From contig CAVWHO010000014.1 in the NCBI GenBank assembly GCA_963754875.1, positions 131,886 to 195,885 of the forward strand: 64,000 bases of DNA, written 5' to 3'. The first letter of the stretch is position 1. Every line of letters begins with the position of its first letter. The notes below the pieces were generated by a model, which saw only the letters and a list, made by a program, of their open reading frames with translations, had not been told where the DNA came from and did no database searches. The translations under genes were made by a program, and so were the position numbers. Below, in pieces: positions 51,276 to 61,478 of the stretch. This stretch comes from Nitrospirota bacterium (GTDB lineage: Bacteria > Nitrospirota > UBA9217).

Positions 51276-52112
51276 ATGATCAAAGAGCAATATCATGCCG
51301 TGTTTCGGTTCCGCAGATTCGCATTGCTCCTGTTGGTGCTGGCTGCGGCAACAGTTTATTTCGCAACAGAAAGGGGGCAGCATAACATGACTCCGAATGC
51401 TTTTGCTTCCGCATCTCCTCCATCGAGACCCCTGATCGACACCCTCGCGCCGAAACAGTTCGCTACCGCAACTTTTGCCATGGGCTGATTCTGGGGACCC
51501 GACTCCCGGTTCGGGAGTCTGCCGGGTGTAATCAGGACGCGCGTGGGATATGCAGGCGGCACAAAACGAAATCCAACCTACCACTCGCTCGGCGACCACA
51601 CAGAAACAGTCCAGATCGACTACGATCCCTCCAGGATAACCTACGAGGACCTGCTCCGCGCCTTCTGGACCGGCCACGATCCTTCGTACCGGAGCTGGTC
51701 GCGCCAGTACGCTTCCATCATCTTCGTGCATGACGATGAGCAGCTGCGTCTTGCCCGGGAGTCCAAAGCGCAGATCGAGCAAGAACGCGGTAAGACGGTC
51801 TATACGGAGATCATCAACTACAGCGGCTTCACACTTGCCGAGGACTACCATCAGAAGCACAGCCTCCGGCAGTTCCCTGAGTTTGCTCAGGAACTCTCGC
51901 GGATCTATCCCTCTTTTGCCGATTATGTTGCCTCGACCGCTGTGGCGCGCGTGAACGGCTATCTCGGCAGCGAAGGCTCGTACGACGCTCTAAAAAAGGA
52001 AGCGGACAACCTGGGTCTGTCTCCGGCGCGTAAAGAGGAACTCCTCCGGCTCGTGCAGCGCCGACGCGGCAATCAAACTTGTTCCGTGCCTGCAGCCGCA
52101 AGCGTCCCTTGA
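51276..52112 (+). CDS. msrA: Peptide-methionine (S)-S-oxide reductase, probable selenoprotein (TGA 51486-51488)
   Basis: TFAMG-TGA-FWG is in frame with RTRVGYAGG, HTETVQIDYDP, AEDYHQK; N-terminal TM/signal. Confidence 0.9.
51498..51527 (+). promoter_or_regulatory. Putative bacterial SECIS hairpin
   Basis: GACTCCCG-GTT-CGGGAGTC stem-loop starting 12 nt after the TGA. Confidence 0.7.
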
Positions 52113-52180
52113 ACTTGGCGCACGTCCGCGATGCTGTTGTCCCCTCCCAATATCCCTTTTGTTGTGGTACGATTCCCACA

Positions 52181-52229
52181 GAAATAACAAAGGCCCGGAA
52201 AGTTCCCGGGCATTCTTGTTTTCAAAGAC
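52181..52229. terminator. GGCCCGG(G)AAA hairpin family, copy 1
   Basis: Hairpin downstream of msrA; similar to 53740 and 59416. Confidence 0.55.
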
Positions 52230-52406
52230 GTAGGAGAAATTGAGGTCTGCAATGGACTTACGTCGTAAGTATGAGCAGTCCGATTTGTGCCGTGATTCCG
52301 GACTTGCAGGCCTGCCCCGGGAAAAAGGCTGATTGAAACAACTGCTTGCCGGTGCTATGCTCATAGCAAGAGAGTTTTGAGCACCAGCGACCGGAGGTGG
52401 CGTCCT

Positions 52407-53689
52407 ATGGAATTCAAGGAGAGAACTATCCATCAGTTGCCTAGGCCGGGAAACCGCCTGACAGGCATCCTTATCGCTATTGTGGCGATCTCGCTGCTTT
52501 TTGCGTGCGGGTCACATTCCAACAGCAGCGCGCCGCCTGCTTCTCCGGTCCCCGGGCAGCTGGTTTCCTGGTCACCGGCGGGATCGTTCAGCGCGCAGCT
52601 CCTGAACCTCGGGATAGCGACCCTCGGGATCACCGGTATTACCGCGACCAGCGGCGCTGCGTGCTACAAGCTCACGTACGAGACACCCGATGCAACGGGC
52701 AGTCTTGTCCATGCATCGGGCCTGGTATGCCTGCCCACAACAGGGAGCAGCAACAGGCCCGTGATCAGCTATCAGCATGGTACGATCTTCCAGGAACAGC
52801 GACGCCCCCTCGAATCTCTCGACGAGCCCTGAAGGTCTGATCGGCGCAGCACTCGCGGGGCTGGGATTCATCTCCGTGCTGCCCGATTACCTCGGGTTCG
52901 GCGACTCCGCGGGCATGCTGCATCCCTACCTCCACGCGGATACGCTCTGCCTCGGCAACGGTCAATATGAACCGCGCAGCGCGGACCTTCTTCTCCGACC
53001 CGGCCGTCAACGCATCGTCGAACGGCCAGCTCTTTCTCACCGGGTATTCCGAGGGCGGATACGCAACGCTCGCGACTCAGCGGCTGATGGAGCAGGGCCT
53101 GTCCGCGGAATTTCCCGTTACCGCATCGGAGCCGGGCGACGGTCCCTACGACCTCACGGGCACGGCCGCCCACGTCGTGGCGCTTTCGAACCAGGTGGAG
53201 CCGGCCTTCACAGCTTTTTTTCTGAAGGCCTACGACTCGCTGTACAACGACCCCGGCCGGATCGATTACTATTTTTCATCCGCCTACGTCACCGTGGTCA
53301 ACACCTATTTTGACGGCACCCACAGCAGGAGCCAGGTCAGCAATGCGCTCGGCGGGCCGGGTGTCGCGACGACGACGCTCCTGAACCCGGTATTTGTGGC
53401 GAGCTACCTGGGCTCCGGCGAGGCTTCGCTCAAATCGCATATCGCGGAAAACGACATCTACAACTGGGCGCCCGCGGTGTCCACCCGCCTGTTCCATGGG
53501 ACGGGCGACGATATCGTGCCCTACGCCAATGCGACGACAGCGAAGACCGTCATGACCAACAACGGTTCGACAACGGTGACGATTGTCAATTGCGATGCAG
53601 GCACGCTCCCCACAACGCACGACAACTGCGCCATGCCGTTCGCCATCGACGCCATCACGTTCTTTAAAACCATCGCCACGGGACTGTGA
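52407..53689 (+). CDS. Lipoprotein alpha/beta hydrolase (secretory lipase-like) with two +1 frameshifts
   Basis: LFAC lipobox, SYQHGT, PDYLGFG, HPYL, GYSEGG, HGTGDDIVP spread across three frames; breaks near 52797 and 52948. Confidence 0.8.
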
Positions 53690-53739
53690 GCCCCACAGGC
53701 CTCTGAGGCCTAGGCCTTGCGGCTTGACTTTCTCTCGCT

Positions 53740-53789
53740 GAAATACCAAAGGCCCGGGAAATTTCCGGGCCGTTGGTATTTTCAGGGAC
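53740..53789. terminator. GGCCCGG(G)AAA hairpin family, copy 2
   Basis: GAAATACCAAAGGCCCGGGAAATTTCCGGGCCGTTGGTATTTTC. Confidence 0.55.
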
Positions 53790-54053
53790 ATTTACCAGGT
53801 CTTTTGTTTTGATATTTAATCACGACTGCAGAGAAGAAGAGGAACGTTGTGTCTGAGATTGACTTCTCTTGTAAGGTTTTAAAAAGGACGGGATTATGTA
53901 CTTAGATGATTGAATGAAAGCAACATAAGTCAACTTCCGACACAACGTTATATCTGGGTAGAGCATGAGGTGAGCTTTCCCCCGTAGGCTGCCTTCGCTT
54001 CGCGATCAGCGCTTCAGATGATTCAGGTACACCGAGGGGGGCAGGTCAGGGAT

Positions 54054-55283
54054 TTACTCAACGAGCGCCTTGAAATCGCTGTCGTTCCAGAGCGATTGAA
54101 GGTTTTTCTCCATCTTTGCTTTTTGTTTCAAGCTTCCGTTCAAGCGTACCGCCTTTCGCAGCTCCGCGATCGCCTTGTCTTTCGCTCCCGTCAGGGCATA
54201 ATACAGCGCTATATTCCAGTGCATCCACGAGTTGTTCGGCGCGAGGGCAATGCTTTTTTCGAAATCCGCCGTCGCCTTTTGGCTGTTGCCGAGGCCGTTA
54301 TGGGCCCATGCCCGGGCCGAATAGACGAAAGAGTTCTGAGGATCCAGCTGCTCCGCCTTGTTCAGTTCCATCACCGCCTGGTTCAAGTTGCCCAGGCCTT
54401 CATATGCCCACCCCAGGTTGATGCAGGCCCATGAGTTCTTTGCATCCAGGCTGAGCGCTTTCTGCTGATCGACGAGGGCCTGCTGAAAATCCCCCAGGGA
54501 ATTATACGAAGTCCCCCTGTTCACATAGATCCAGGGGTTCTTCGGGTCGATCTCCTCGGCCTTGTTCAGCTCTTTTAAGGCCCCGTTGTAATCGCCCAGA
54601 GTGTTCAGTGCCCATCCCTTGTCGATGCGGGCCCAGACGTTCCCGGGGTTCAGTTCGGCTGCCTTGCTGAAGGCATCGAGTGCGCCGGTATAATTTTCCG
54701 CGGCCATGAATGCTGCACCCTTATTCACCCATTCGTTCGAGTGGAGCTCATCGACCGTTTTGATGTATTCTGACTGTCTGTTCTCCAAACCTTTCCCCGC
54801 TGCCTGTTCCCCCTGCAGCTGCCTGATCTTTGCCAACGCTTCATCTACTTTGCGGTTCATCTCTTCCAGTTCGCGGTTCTTCTGGCTGTTCTCTTTCAAT
54901 CCCTCGAGGATCTTTGCCGCTTCCCGGCTGTCCACGGACATTCTCACCCTGATCGAATAGGTCTTCCCGTCCCACGTTTCGTTCAGGATTTCGGTCTTGA
55001 CGATGCCTGCGGAAAGGACAGTGACTTTATCTTTTGTGAGCTGGTAATTCTTGACGTCCGTTTCGGAAACGAGATAGGTCCCAACCTCTTCGAGAAGGAG
55101 CCTCTTGACCTGTTCGAGCGCGATCGTACGGGAAGTCACCTTGCTGTCTATTTCGCTCGCCTGATAGGTATAGGACCTTTCAAAAACCTTTACTTCAGCG
55201 AGAGCGCTTGTCGAGGCCAGCAGGATCGACGCGAGGAGCAGGATCAATGCAACAAGTGTTGGGCGTATCTTCAGAGAAAACAT
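54054..55283 (-). CDS. Secreted TPR-repeat protein
   Basis: Signal peptide, coiled coil, about six 34-aa TPRs (A.ELNP, A..LDP). Confidence 0.88.
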   Translation of the reverse strand: MFSLKIRPTLVALILLLASILLASTSALAEVKVFERSYTYQASEIDSKVTSRTIALEQVKRLLLEEVGTYLVSETDVKNYQLTKDKVTVLSAGIVKTEILNETWDGKTYSIRVRMSVDSREAAKILEGLKENSQKNRELEEMNRKVDEALAKIRQLQGEQAAGKGLENRQSEYIKTVDELHSNEWVNKGAAFMAAENYTGALDAFSKAAELNPGNVWARIDKGWALNTLGDYNGALKELNKAEEIDPKNPWIYVNRGTSYNSLGDFQQALVDQQKALSLDAKNSWACINLGWAYEGLGNLNQAVMELNKAEQLDPQNSFVYSARAWAHNGLGNSQKATADFEKSIALAPNNSWMHWNIALYYALTGAKDKAIAELRKAVRLNGSLKQKAKMEKNLQSLWNDSDFKALVE

Positions 55284-55688
55284 TCAAATGCCTCCGCGAG
55301 CTTACGTTTTACCGCTGATATACTCTGCCACAAATAACCCGGACTCGTCAAGGCCGAAAGAAGGACGAACACCTAGGGCCACCCATTTAAAGGATACTGT
55401 CAAGGTCAACTTTTTTGCCATCGAGGACCACCGGGGTACGTTGTGTCCGAAATGAACTTATTCCAGATGAGTTGCTCTGGTTACGTCTTGTATCTTGCCA
55501 AACCTTTTCTCCTGTCAAAAAAGAGCCAGCTTGACCATCACTTAAAAAACATCGCGGCACTCAATCCTCATTGGGGTTGTCATTGGAAAAAAAACAGCTG
55601 TGATACAATAGAATCAGATGGGAGACGTAATTACTTCAGGCGTTAACCGGCGCGTCAAGTTAGACGAGCGCAAAAGGAATCAGAAAAT

Positions 55689-56021
55689 ATGGCTTGGGGT
55701 AGGGGAAAGGTTGTTTGGCATGTAACCATGTCGTTGGACGGCTTCATAGCCGGCCCTGGCGACGGTGGCATCGGCAACGCGGTTGCCACGGCTCTTGCAG
55801 CCGCGAAGGGCAGGAACCTCGTCCTCTTCGGCGCCTCCATCCCGGCCCAGTGCCTCGCCGCAGGTCTCGTCGATGACATCATTATCCACCTTGCGCCTGT
55901 CCTGCTCGGCGATGGCATCCGGCTGTACGGGGACCCGGGCGTCGGACAAGTGAATCTCGAACGGACGTATGTCGGGCAGTCGGGCCAGGTGACTGACCTG
56001 CGCTTCCGCGTGGTCAAGTGA
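55689..56021 (+). pseudogene. DHFR/RibD-C family gene with an apparent in-frame internal deletion
   Basis: MSLDGFIAGPGD joined directly to the C-terminal half (GLVDD....APVLLGDGIRL). Confidence 0.65.
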
Positions 56022-56043
56022 TACCGGGAGGAGGGGAGATCGT

Positions 56044-56640
56044 ATGAGCACCTACAATTATGATTCATACTGCGGAATTTATTGCGGTGCCTGCGACATC
56101 CATGTGGCGTACGTGACCGGGCAGAGATCCCGGTTCGCTTCCTTTTTCACGGAACCTACGCTGAAGGCGCTCATCACGCTACGCAATATTCCTTACCAAC
56201 AAAGCGATCTCGGGCTCAAGTGCCATGGCTGTAAATCCGACACAGTATTCATCAACTGCAGCGATTGCCCCATACGGGCATGCGCAGTTGCCAGGAAGGT
56301 TGAACACTGCATTGATTGCGGCGATTATCCCTGCGCGATTCTTCAGAAGCGCAAAACAATGGAAGGTCTGTTGCCGCATTTGGCAGGAAACCACGAAAAC
56401 ATGGCAAGCATCAGGAAGAGCGGGCTGGAGCAGTGGCTTTTGGAGCAGGATGCAAAATGGAAGTGCCCGGAGTGTCAAACACGATTTGCGTGGTATACTG
56501 GCCACTGTTCTTATTGCGGCGCTGATCTCAAAAAACGCGCGTTCAGGTTCTCCCGCATGAAAGCGACCCTGTTAAAGACTGCCATTTATGCGTCCTCATT
56601 CTTGAAAGGTAAGTCGACGCCGAAGCAGGCGGGGAAATAG
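56044..56640 (+). CDS. DUF3795-family Cys-rich protein
   Basis: CGIYCGAC, CHGC, C..C.I..C, HCIDC.DYPC, C-terminal CPEC..CSYC. Confidence 0.8.
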   Translation: MSTYNYDSYCGIYCGACDIHVAYVTGQRSRFASFFTEPTLKALITLRNIPYQQSDLGLKCHGCKSDTVFINCSDCPIRACAVARKVEHCIDCGDYPCAILQKRKTMEGLLPHLAGNHENMASIRKSGLEQWLLEQDAKWKCPECQTRFAWYTGHCSYCGADLKKRAFRFSRMKATLLKTAIYASSFLKGKSTPKQAGK

Positions 56641-56814
56641 CTGAGGGAATCTATAGGGGCAAGTCTTTTCCTTGAAATATTACCGACTAGGACTATGGAA
56701 ATTAAAAATACAAGGAGAAAGACTTGCCCCTGAGCTGGTGCTCTCGCGGGACAAGGAGTGCTTCTGCGCAATCAAGCGCGCAACCTCCCATTTCATGAAA
56801 ACGAAAGATTTTTT

Positions 56815-57006
56815 TTAATGCATCGAGCTCAACACCCTGCTTGTTGCCGTTCGGCCAACACACTTCACGCGGCAGGCTGAACACACGGAGCGGCGACACG
56901 GGCGTATCACTCTTTTTAGTTCTTTTTCTCCTGTGACTCTTTTGAAGGGCATGTAGTTGCCATTCATCACAGCATCTCCCCAGCTCTGATAGACAGGTGG
57001 TCTCAT
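56815..57006 (-). CDS. Small Cys-rich hypothetical protein
   Basis: GAGGAGG RBS; CRRSVCSACRVKC. Confidence 0.45.
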   Translation of the reverse strand: MRPPVYQSWGDAVMNGNYMPFKRVTGEKELKRVIRPCRRSVCSACRVKCVGRTATSRVLSSMH

Positions 57007-57444
57007 AGTAATAAAATCCTCCTCTCGTTGAGATCGTTCTTAGACTTTTCGCTGCCGCGTTTATGGTTTTTTATCCATTAGCAGAATTTTAGTACCTGAG
57101 TTGCCATACGTCCAATATATTGATGTTGCATAAACGATACTTTTTAAATATGTAATCAGAATCTCAAATATTCGGGTTGAACTTACACATTTGCTTTCGG
57201 AGACAAGCCAGGGTGAGATTTATGAAAATTGACGGAAGCCGACTAAGGGACAGGGTCAAGAAACAACGAGAATCGACGAACAGGGACGTGAGACGACTGG
57301 TAAACGAGACAGCCAAGACACGGCGAGAATTGACTGAAGGCGACTTGAGCGCGTCGTGCCTGCGTTTCCTTACACCGATTGCCTTTTCCAATCGTTTGTG
57401 CTACTGTTTTTCAGGAAATAAATCCTATTTCGAGGAGGAGTACA

Positions 57445-57843
57445 ATGGAGCCATTTCGTTATCATGTCTACCTCTGTACGCAGGAAAAGCCGGATCCGAA
57501 AGCCCCGAGCTGCACCAACCGGGGGAGCAAGGAAGTCCTCGAAGCACTCCGCGCCGAACTTGGCAAGACCGGGCTTGCCGACGAGATCCACGTGACCGCA
57601 TCGGGATCGCTCGGTCTCTGCGAACGCGGTCCGAACATGGTGGTCTATCCCGACGGGGTCTGGTACTCGAAGGTGCAGAAGACTGATGTGCCGGAGATCG
57701 TTCGCGAGCATTTCATGAACAACCGGCCGGTCGAGCGCCTCGTGAACAGGGACGCGGCAGCATTGAAAGCCGAGGTCCTCGAAAACAAGCGCAGGTACCT
57801 GGCGGCAATGAAGGCCGCCCAGGCCGGACAGAAGAAAGCGTAA
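57445..57843 (+). CDS. Thioredoxin-like (2Fe-2S) ferredoxin
   Basis: HVYLC, SC..RGS, LGLC..GP.MVVYPDGVWY, EIV.EH; GAGGAG RBS. Confidence 0.85.
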   Translation: MEPFRYHVYLCTQEKPDPKAPSCTNRGSKEVLEALRAELGKTGLADEIHVTASGSLGLCERGPNMVVYPDGVWYSKVQKTDVPEIVREHFMNNRPVERLVNRDAAALKAEVLENKRRYLAAMKAAQAGQKKA

Positions 57844-57872
57844 TCACGCTGAAGAGCAGGGAACAGGCAGAC

Positions 57873-57902
57873 GCCGCTTATTGCACATAAGCGGCTTTTT
57901 TT
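57873..57902 (+). terminator. Rho-independent terminator
   Basis: GCCGCTTAT-TGCAC-ATAAGCGGC followed by T7. Confidence 0.8.
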
Positions 57903-57956
57903 ATTCGGGTATTCGTAATATGGTGTGGATGGGAAATCAAAAAGCTCCCGATTATT

Positions 57957-58331
57957 TTATCGTTTGTTCACAAATTTTACACCCTCAATACCTTTTAAGT
58001 CTGAATCTTGTGTCCAGATAACAGCACTATGAATCCTCGAGGTTGCTACAATCACCGCATCGGCCAGAGGCAGTTTTATTTCATGGCTGACCTTTGCAGC
58101 ATTTACGGCGACCCCGCTATCGAGGTCAATAAGCAGTCCCTGCTGCATCAAAGCAACCGCCTGTAGAGCAGCATCCTCTCCCTTCTGCTGTAAGACCCGT
58201 TTAAACACTTCTAGAACGCAGCTCGTTGGAACAATAAGATTTTCGGTGTTTTCTATGGCTGGAGCAAAAAAGGCTGCATTCGGCCCGTCTGCAAGGTATT
58301 CCAGCCAACCACAGGAATCGACTAAGTTCAT
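57957..58331 (-). CDS. vapC: VapC PIN-domain toxin
   Basis: MNLVDSCGWLEY, EV.K, LADA.I.AT, WTQD.D. Confidence 0.9.
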   Translation of the reverse strand: MNLVDSCGWLEYLADGPNAAFFAPAIENTENLIVPTSCVLEVFKRVLQQKGEDAALQAVALMQQGLLIDLDSGVAVNAAKVSHEIKLPLADAVIVATSRIHSAVIWTQDSDLKGIEGVKFVNKR

Positions 58332-58534
58332 ACTCGGTCCTTCTCCCGGACCACTGTGGTATCAATACCCTTCAGAAATCCACGCATGGATTTAATCTTC
58401 TTTACGGGCACAAGTTCAATCCGGTTCGCGTAATTGATTACTTGCATTTTTTCACCTGGTTTAATGCTGAGTATTTCTCGTACATCACGCGGGATGACGA
58501 CTTGGTACTTCGGGGAAACGGTAACCGTTTTCAT
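58328..58534 (-). CDS. AbrB/MazE-family antitoxin
   Basis: VTVSPKYQVVIP..VRE.L.IKPG; overlaps the toxin start. Confidence 0.9.
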   Translation of the reverse strand: MKTVTVSPKYQVVIPRDVREILSIKPGEKMQVINYANRIELVPVKKIKSMRGFLKGIDTTVVREKDRV

Positions 58535-58780
58535 AATAAACCTCCATCGATAACAATTTTGTAATACTATATCACTATCGATCTGATTTGGCAAATAGAG
58601 AACAATGTCAAATCGTCTACAAATCGTCTAAATCCACACTACGTTACGAATTCCCTTTTATCCTTCCGAGGAAGTGCTGCATTGCTGTCTGACCCCGCTT
58701 TTTTTTCTTTACACCGAGCAGGGAAATGCATATACTGTTTAGAAACTATGCAACTATTCTCAAACAACGGAGGCTCACTG

Positions 58781-59356
58781 ATGAAAAAGGCATTGCTCGT
58801 GTGTTCACTTGCATTCGCTCTGTGCGGATACCAGGCATTTGCAGCCGATGACCTGGCGAAGTTCAAGGAGGACAGCCGCGCCACGGTCAAGGAACTCATG
58901 ACTCAGCTCGGCAGCGCCATGCAGAAAGAGATGACGACAAACGGCCCGGCAGCGGCGATCAAGGTCTGCAAGGACCTCGCTCCGTCCATCACCTCGGACA
59001 TATCGAGAAAGACCGGTCAGCGCGTCACGCGCGTATCGCTCAAGACACGCAATCCGCTGCTCGGTTCGCCGGATGCCTGGGAGCAGAAGGTCCTGGCCGA
59101 TTTTGCGCTTCGGGCGGAGAAGGAAAACCCCGCCGCCCTGGAATTCGCCGAGATCACAACCGAGCCGCAGGGCAAGTTCCTGCGCTATATGAAGGCGATT
59201 CCGATGCAGGAAGTTTGCCTGAAATGCCACGGAACGCCCGAGACCGTCGCGCCGCAGGTCAAGGAGCAGCTGAATGCCGAGTACCCGCACGACAAGGCCA
59301 CCGGCTACACGGCCGCGCAGATTCGCGGGGCCTTCTCGATCAAGAAGGCGCTGTGA
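58781..59356 (+). CDS. DUF3365 (Tll0287-like) c-type heme protein
   Basis: Signal peptide, RVSLK.RNP, PD.WE, CLKCHG, YP.D.A.GY...IRGA. Confidence 0.88.
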   Translation: MKKALLVCSLAFALCGYQAFAADDLAKFKEDSRATVKELMTQLGSAMQKEMTTNGPAAAIKVCKDLAPSITSDISRKTGQRVTRVSLKTRNPLLGSPDAWEQKVLADFALRAEKENPAALEFAEITTEPQGKFLRYMKAIPMQEVCLKCHGTPETVAPQVKEQLNAEYPHDKATGYTAAQIRGAFSIKKAL

Positions 59357-59415
59357 TCGGACGAGCAGAGTGCTTTGCACGTTGACGCTCATCGTGCTGA
59401 TAGGACAGGAGAACG

Positions 59416-59446
59416 AAGAAGGCCCGGGAAATTCCCGGGCCTTCTT
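59416..59446. terminator. GGCCCGG(G)AAA hairpin family, copy 3 (possibly bidirectional)
   Basis: AAGAAGGCCCGGGAA-A-TTCCCGGGCCTTCTT, between convergent genes. Confidence 0.7.
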
Positions 59447-59473
59447 GTTTACGGCTACGTTTACTCGTACGTA

Positions 59474-59987
59474 TCAGGCAGCCTGCGGTTTTGCGATCGG
59501 CGGCGGAGCCATTTCCCGGTAATTAGTGATGCTCAGGGATTCGAGGAGGCGCTGCATTGTCGCAGGATCCAATCCGGCCGAGACCTTGACACCAAACTGG
59601 CAGGCGGTCAGGATTGTCTGGACGAGGTCCCGTGCGCTGAACTCGAGGATCTCCTCGACAGACTCGGGCGATGCGTCCTCGATCAAGAGGGCACTTTCCT
59701 GATACCAGCCATGCTCCTGTCCGCTCTTCGAGTCGTAGGGGACCTCGGCGTTCTTCGTCACGATCCCGCGCTGGAGGGCAAAGTGGGACACATCGGCCCG
59801 CAGCTGTTGGAGACCCTTGAATGCCGCGTTGGAGCAGATCCCGGTCTTTCCCCAGATGATGGGGTTGAACTTGGGCAGGCTGAGGCCGCTGCTGAAGATG
59901 TAGCTCCCGGGGCGTTGCTCGGACTCACGAATGACGATGGAGAAAAAATCGTTCTTGTACTCCAGTGAACGCGGCTGTTGTTTGCAT
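59474..59987 (-). CDS. Hypothetical protein with a +1 frameshift just after the start
   Basis: GGAG RBS and ATG at 59987 sit one base out of frame with a long open frame QPRSLEYKNDFF...KPQAA*. Confidence 0.55.
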
Positions 59988-60359
59988 GATAGGCTCCCTC
60001 CTTTGATGGGGCTTAATTAATACCATTAATCTCCTATTTAAATCTAGTATAGCCGAGGTCAAAGCAAGAAGCTAGTAAAAAAGAATGATTCTAAACTGAA
60101 TTTTCAATTTGATATCTCTTGATAATCACCTTGAAGTGATCAGGGCAGGCCTGGAAATCTGTAATCTTGTGGATGGTCGAGGGACAGGATTGACTTGCCG
60201 GTTTTCCCGATGCGCGCGGCAGGGAAGGGTAGGGAAGGGCGAGGGTTCTGAGGGGCAGACGCAGCAGGGAACGATCAAAGCCGGAGAGAAGTATTGCTTC
60301 GGCTTTTTTCTTATTGTATATGCTTCAGGCTGGGTGCGGGAAAAAACAGGGGACCTGTC

Positions 60360-61427
60360 TTAACTGTACATCAGTTTTCGCTCAAGGTCTTTTGAGCGGG
60401 AGATGCGCTTTGCCTCATCGAGAGTTATGAGTTCCGCCCTGCAGAGCTGAATGAGATGCTGGTCTATTGTCTGCATGTTGTATTCGTCGCGCCCTTTTTC
60501 GATGTACTGCTCGATCTCATCGAGTTTATTGTCCCGGATGCACGCCTTGATGGTAGCAGTTGCATACATCACTTCAAGGACAGGTAGAATAGTCTCGCCG
60601 CTTTTTCCCCGTATAAGCCTTATAGATATGACGGCTGCAAGACTCTCTGCCAGCCTTTGCCGGGTATTCTCCTGCGCCTCGGGCGGGAAATAACCGACGA
60701 TACGGTTGATGGTCGAAGCGGTATTATGGGTATGGAGAGTGGATAATACCAGATGCCCCGTCTCGGCGGCCTTGACACAGGCGTCTATGGTTTCGAGATC
60801 GCGCAGTTCTCCGACCATGATGACGTCCGGATTCATGCGCATCGCAGACCTCAAGGCAATGCTGAAACTTTCCGTATCGATGCCCACTTCCCTCTGAATA
60901 ACACAGCTTTTGCTCGAAGTGAACAGGAACTCGATCGGGTCCTCAACGGTAATGATATTGTAATCGAAATTATCATTGATATGCTTCATCATCGATGCGA
61001 GCGTCGTTGATTTGCCGTTGCCGGTCGGTCCGGTGACGAGTATCAGGCCGTTCGGGACCTGCGCAATCTTGCCGAGGACTGGAGGAAGATTCAGCTCCTC
61101 GAAAGTACCTATCTGATGGGGTATGACCCGCATGACGACGCCGAGATTGCCGCGCTGCCGGAAGATGCTCACGCGGAAACGGCCGACTTTTTCCAGAGTA
61201 TAGGAAGTATCAAATTCCTTTAAGTCCTCGGGCAGCTTCCGGTTGTGCTGCTCCATAACCGCGCTTGCGACGAACTCGGTATCTTTTTTCGTCAAGTTCG
61301 CGAGCTTGGCGCGGATGAGATGGCCGCGTGCCCGGAACATCGGCGGGTTGTCGACCTCAAAATGAATGTCCGAGACCTTTTTTTCGAAGGCAATGTTGAG
61401 GATCTGATTGAGTATTGCGTTGTCCAT
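60360..61427 (-). CDS. pilT: PilT/PilU-family type IV pilus ATPase
   Basis: SDIH, RFRV, GPTGNGKSTT, TVEDPIE, QREVG.D, GELRD, AETGHLVLSTLH. Confidence 0.85.
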   Translation of the reverse strand: MDNAILNQILNIAFEKKVSDIHFEVDNPPMFRARGHLIRAKLANLTKKDTEFVASAVMEQHNRKLPEDLKEFDTSYTLEKVGRFRVSIFRQRGNLGVVMRVIPHQIGTFEELNLPPVLGKIAQVPNGLILVTGPTGNGKSTTLASMMKHINDNFDYNIITVEDPIEFLFTSSKSCVIQREVGIDTESFSIALRSAMRMNPDVIMVGELRDLETIDACVKAAETGHLVLSTLHTHNTASTINRIVGYFPPEAQENTRQRLAESLAAVISIRLIRGKSGETILPVLEVMYATATIKACIRDNKLDEIEQYIEKGRDEYNMQTIDQHLIQLCRAELITLDEAKRISRSKDLERKLMYS

Positions 61428-61478
61428 GACTGCCTTGTACCTCCGCGTTCTGTTTTAGTCCAAGTCACCTTCAGATAT

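Noticed and set aside
46298..56640. Run of small unrelated genes as an integron cassette array (e.g. GTTAGAC at 55659)
   Set aside because: I could not identify paired RYYYAAC/GTTRRRY attC structures or an integrase. IntegronFinder would settle it.
58610..58633. Short tandem AAATCGTCTA(C) duplication
   Set aside because: Too short to interpret.
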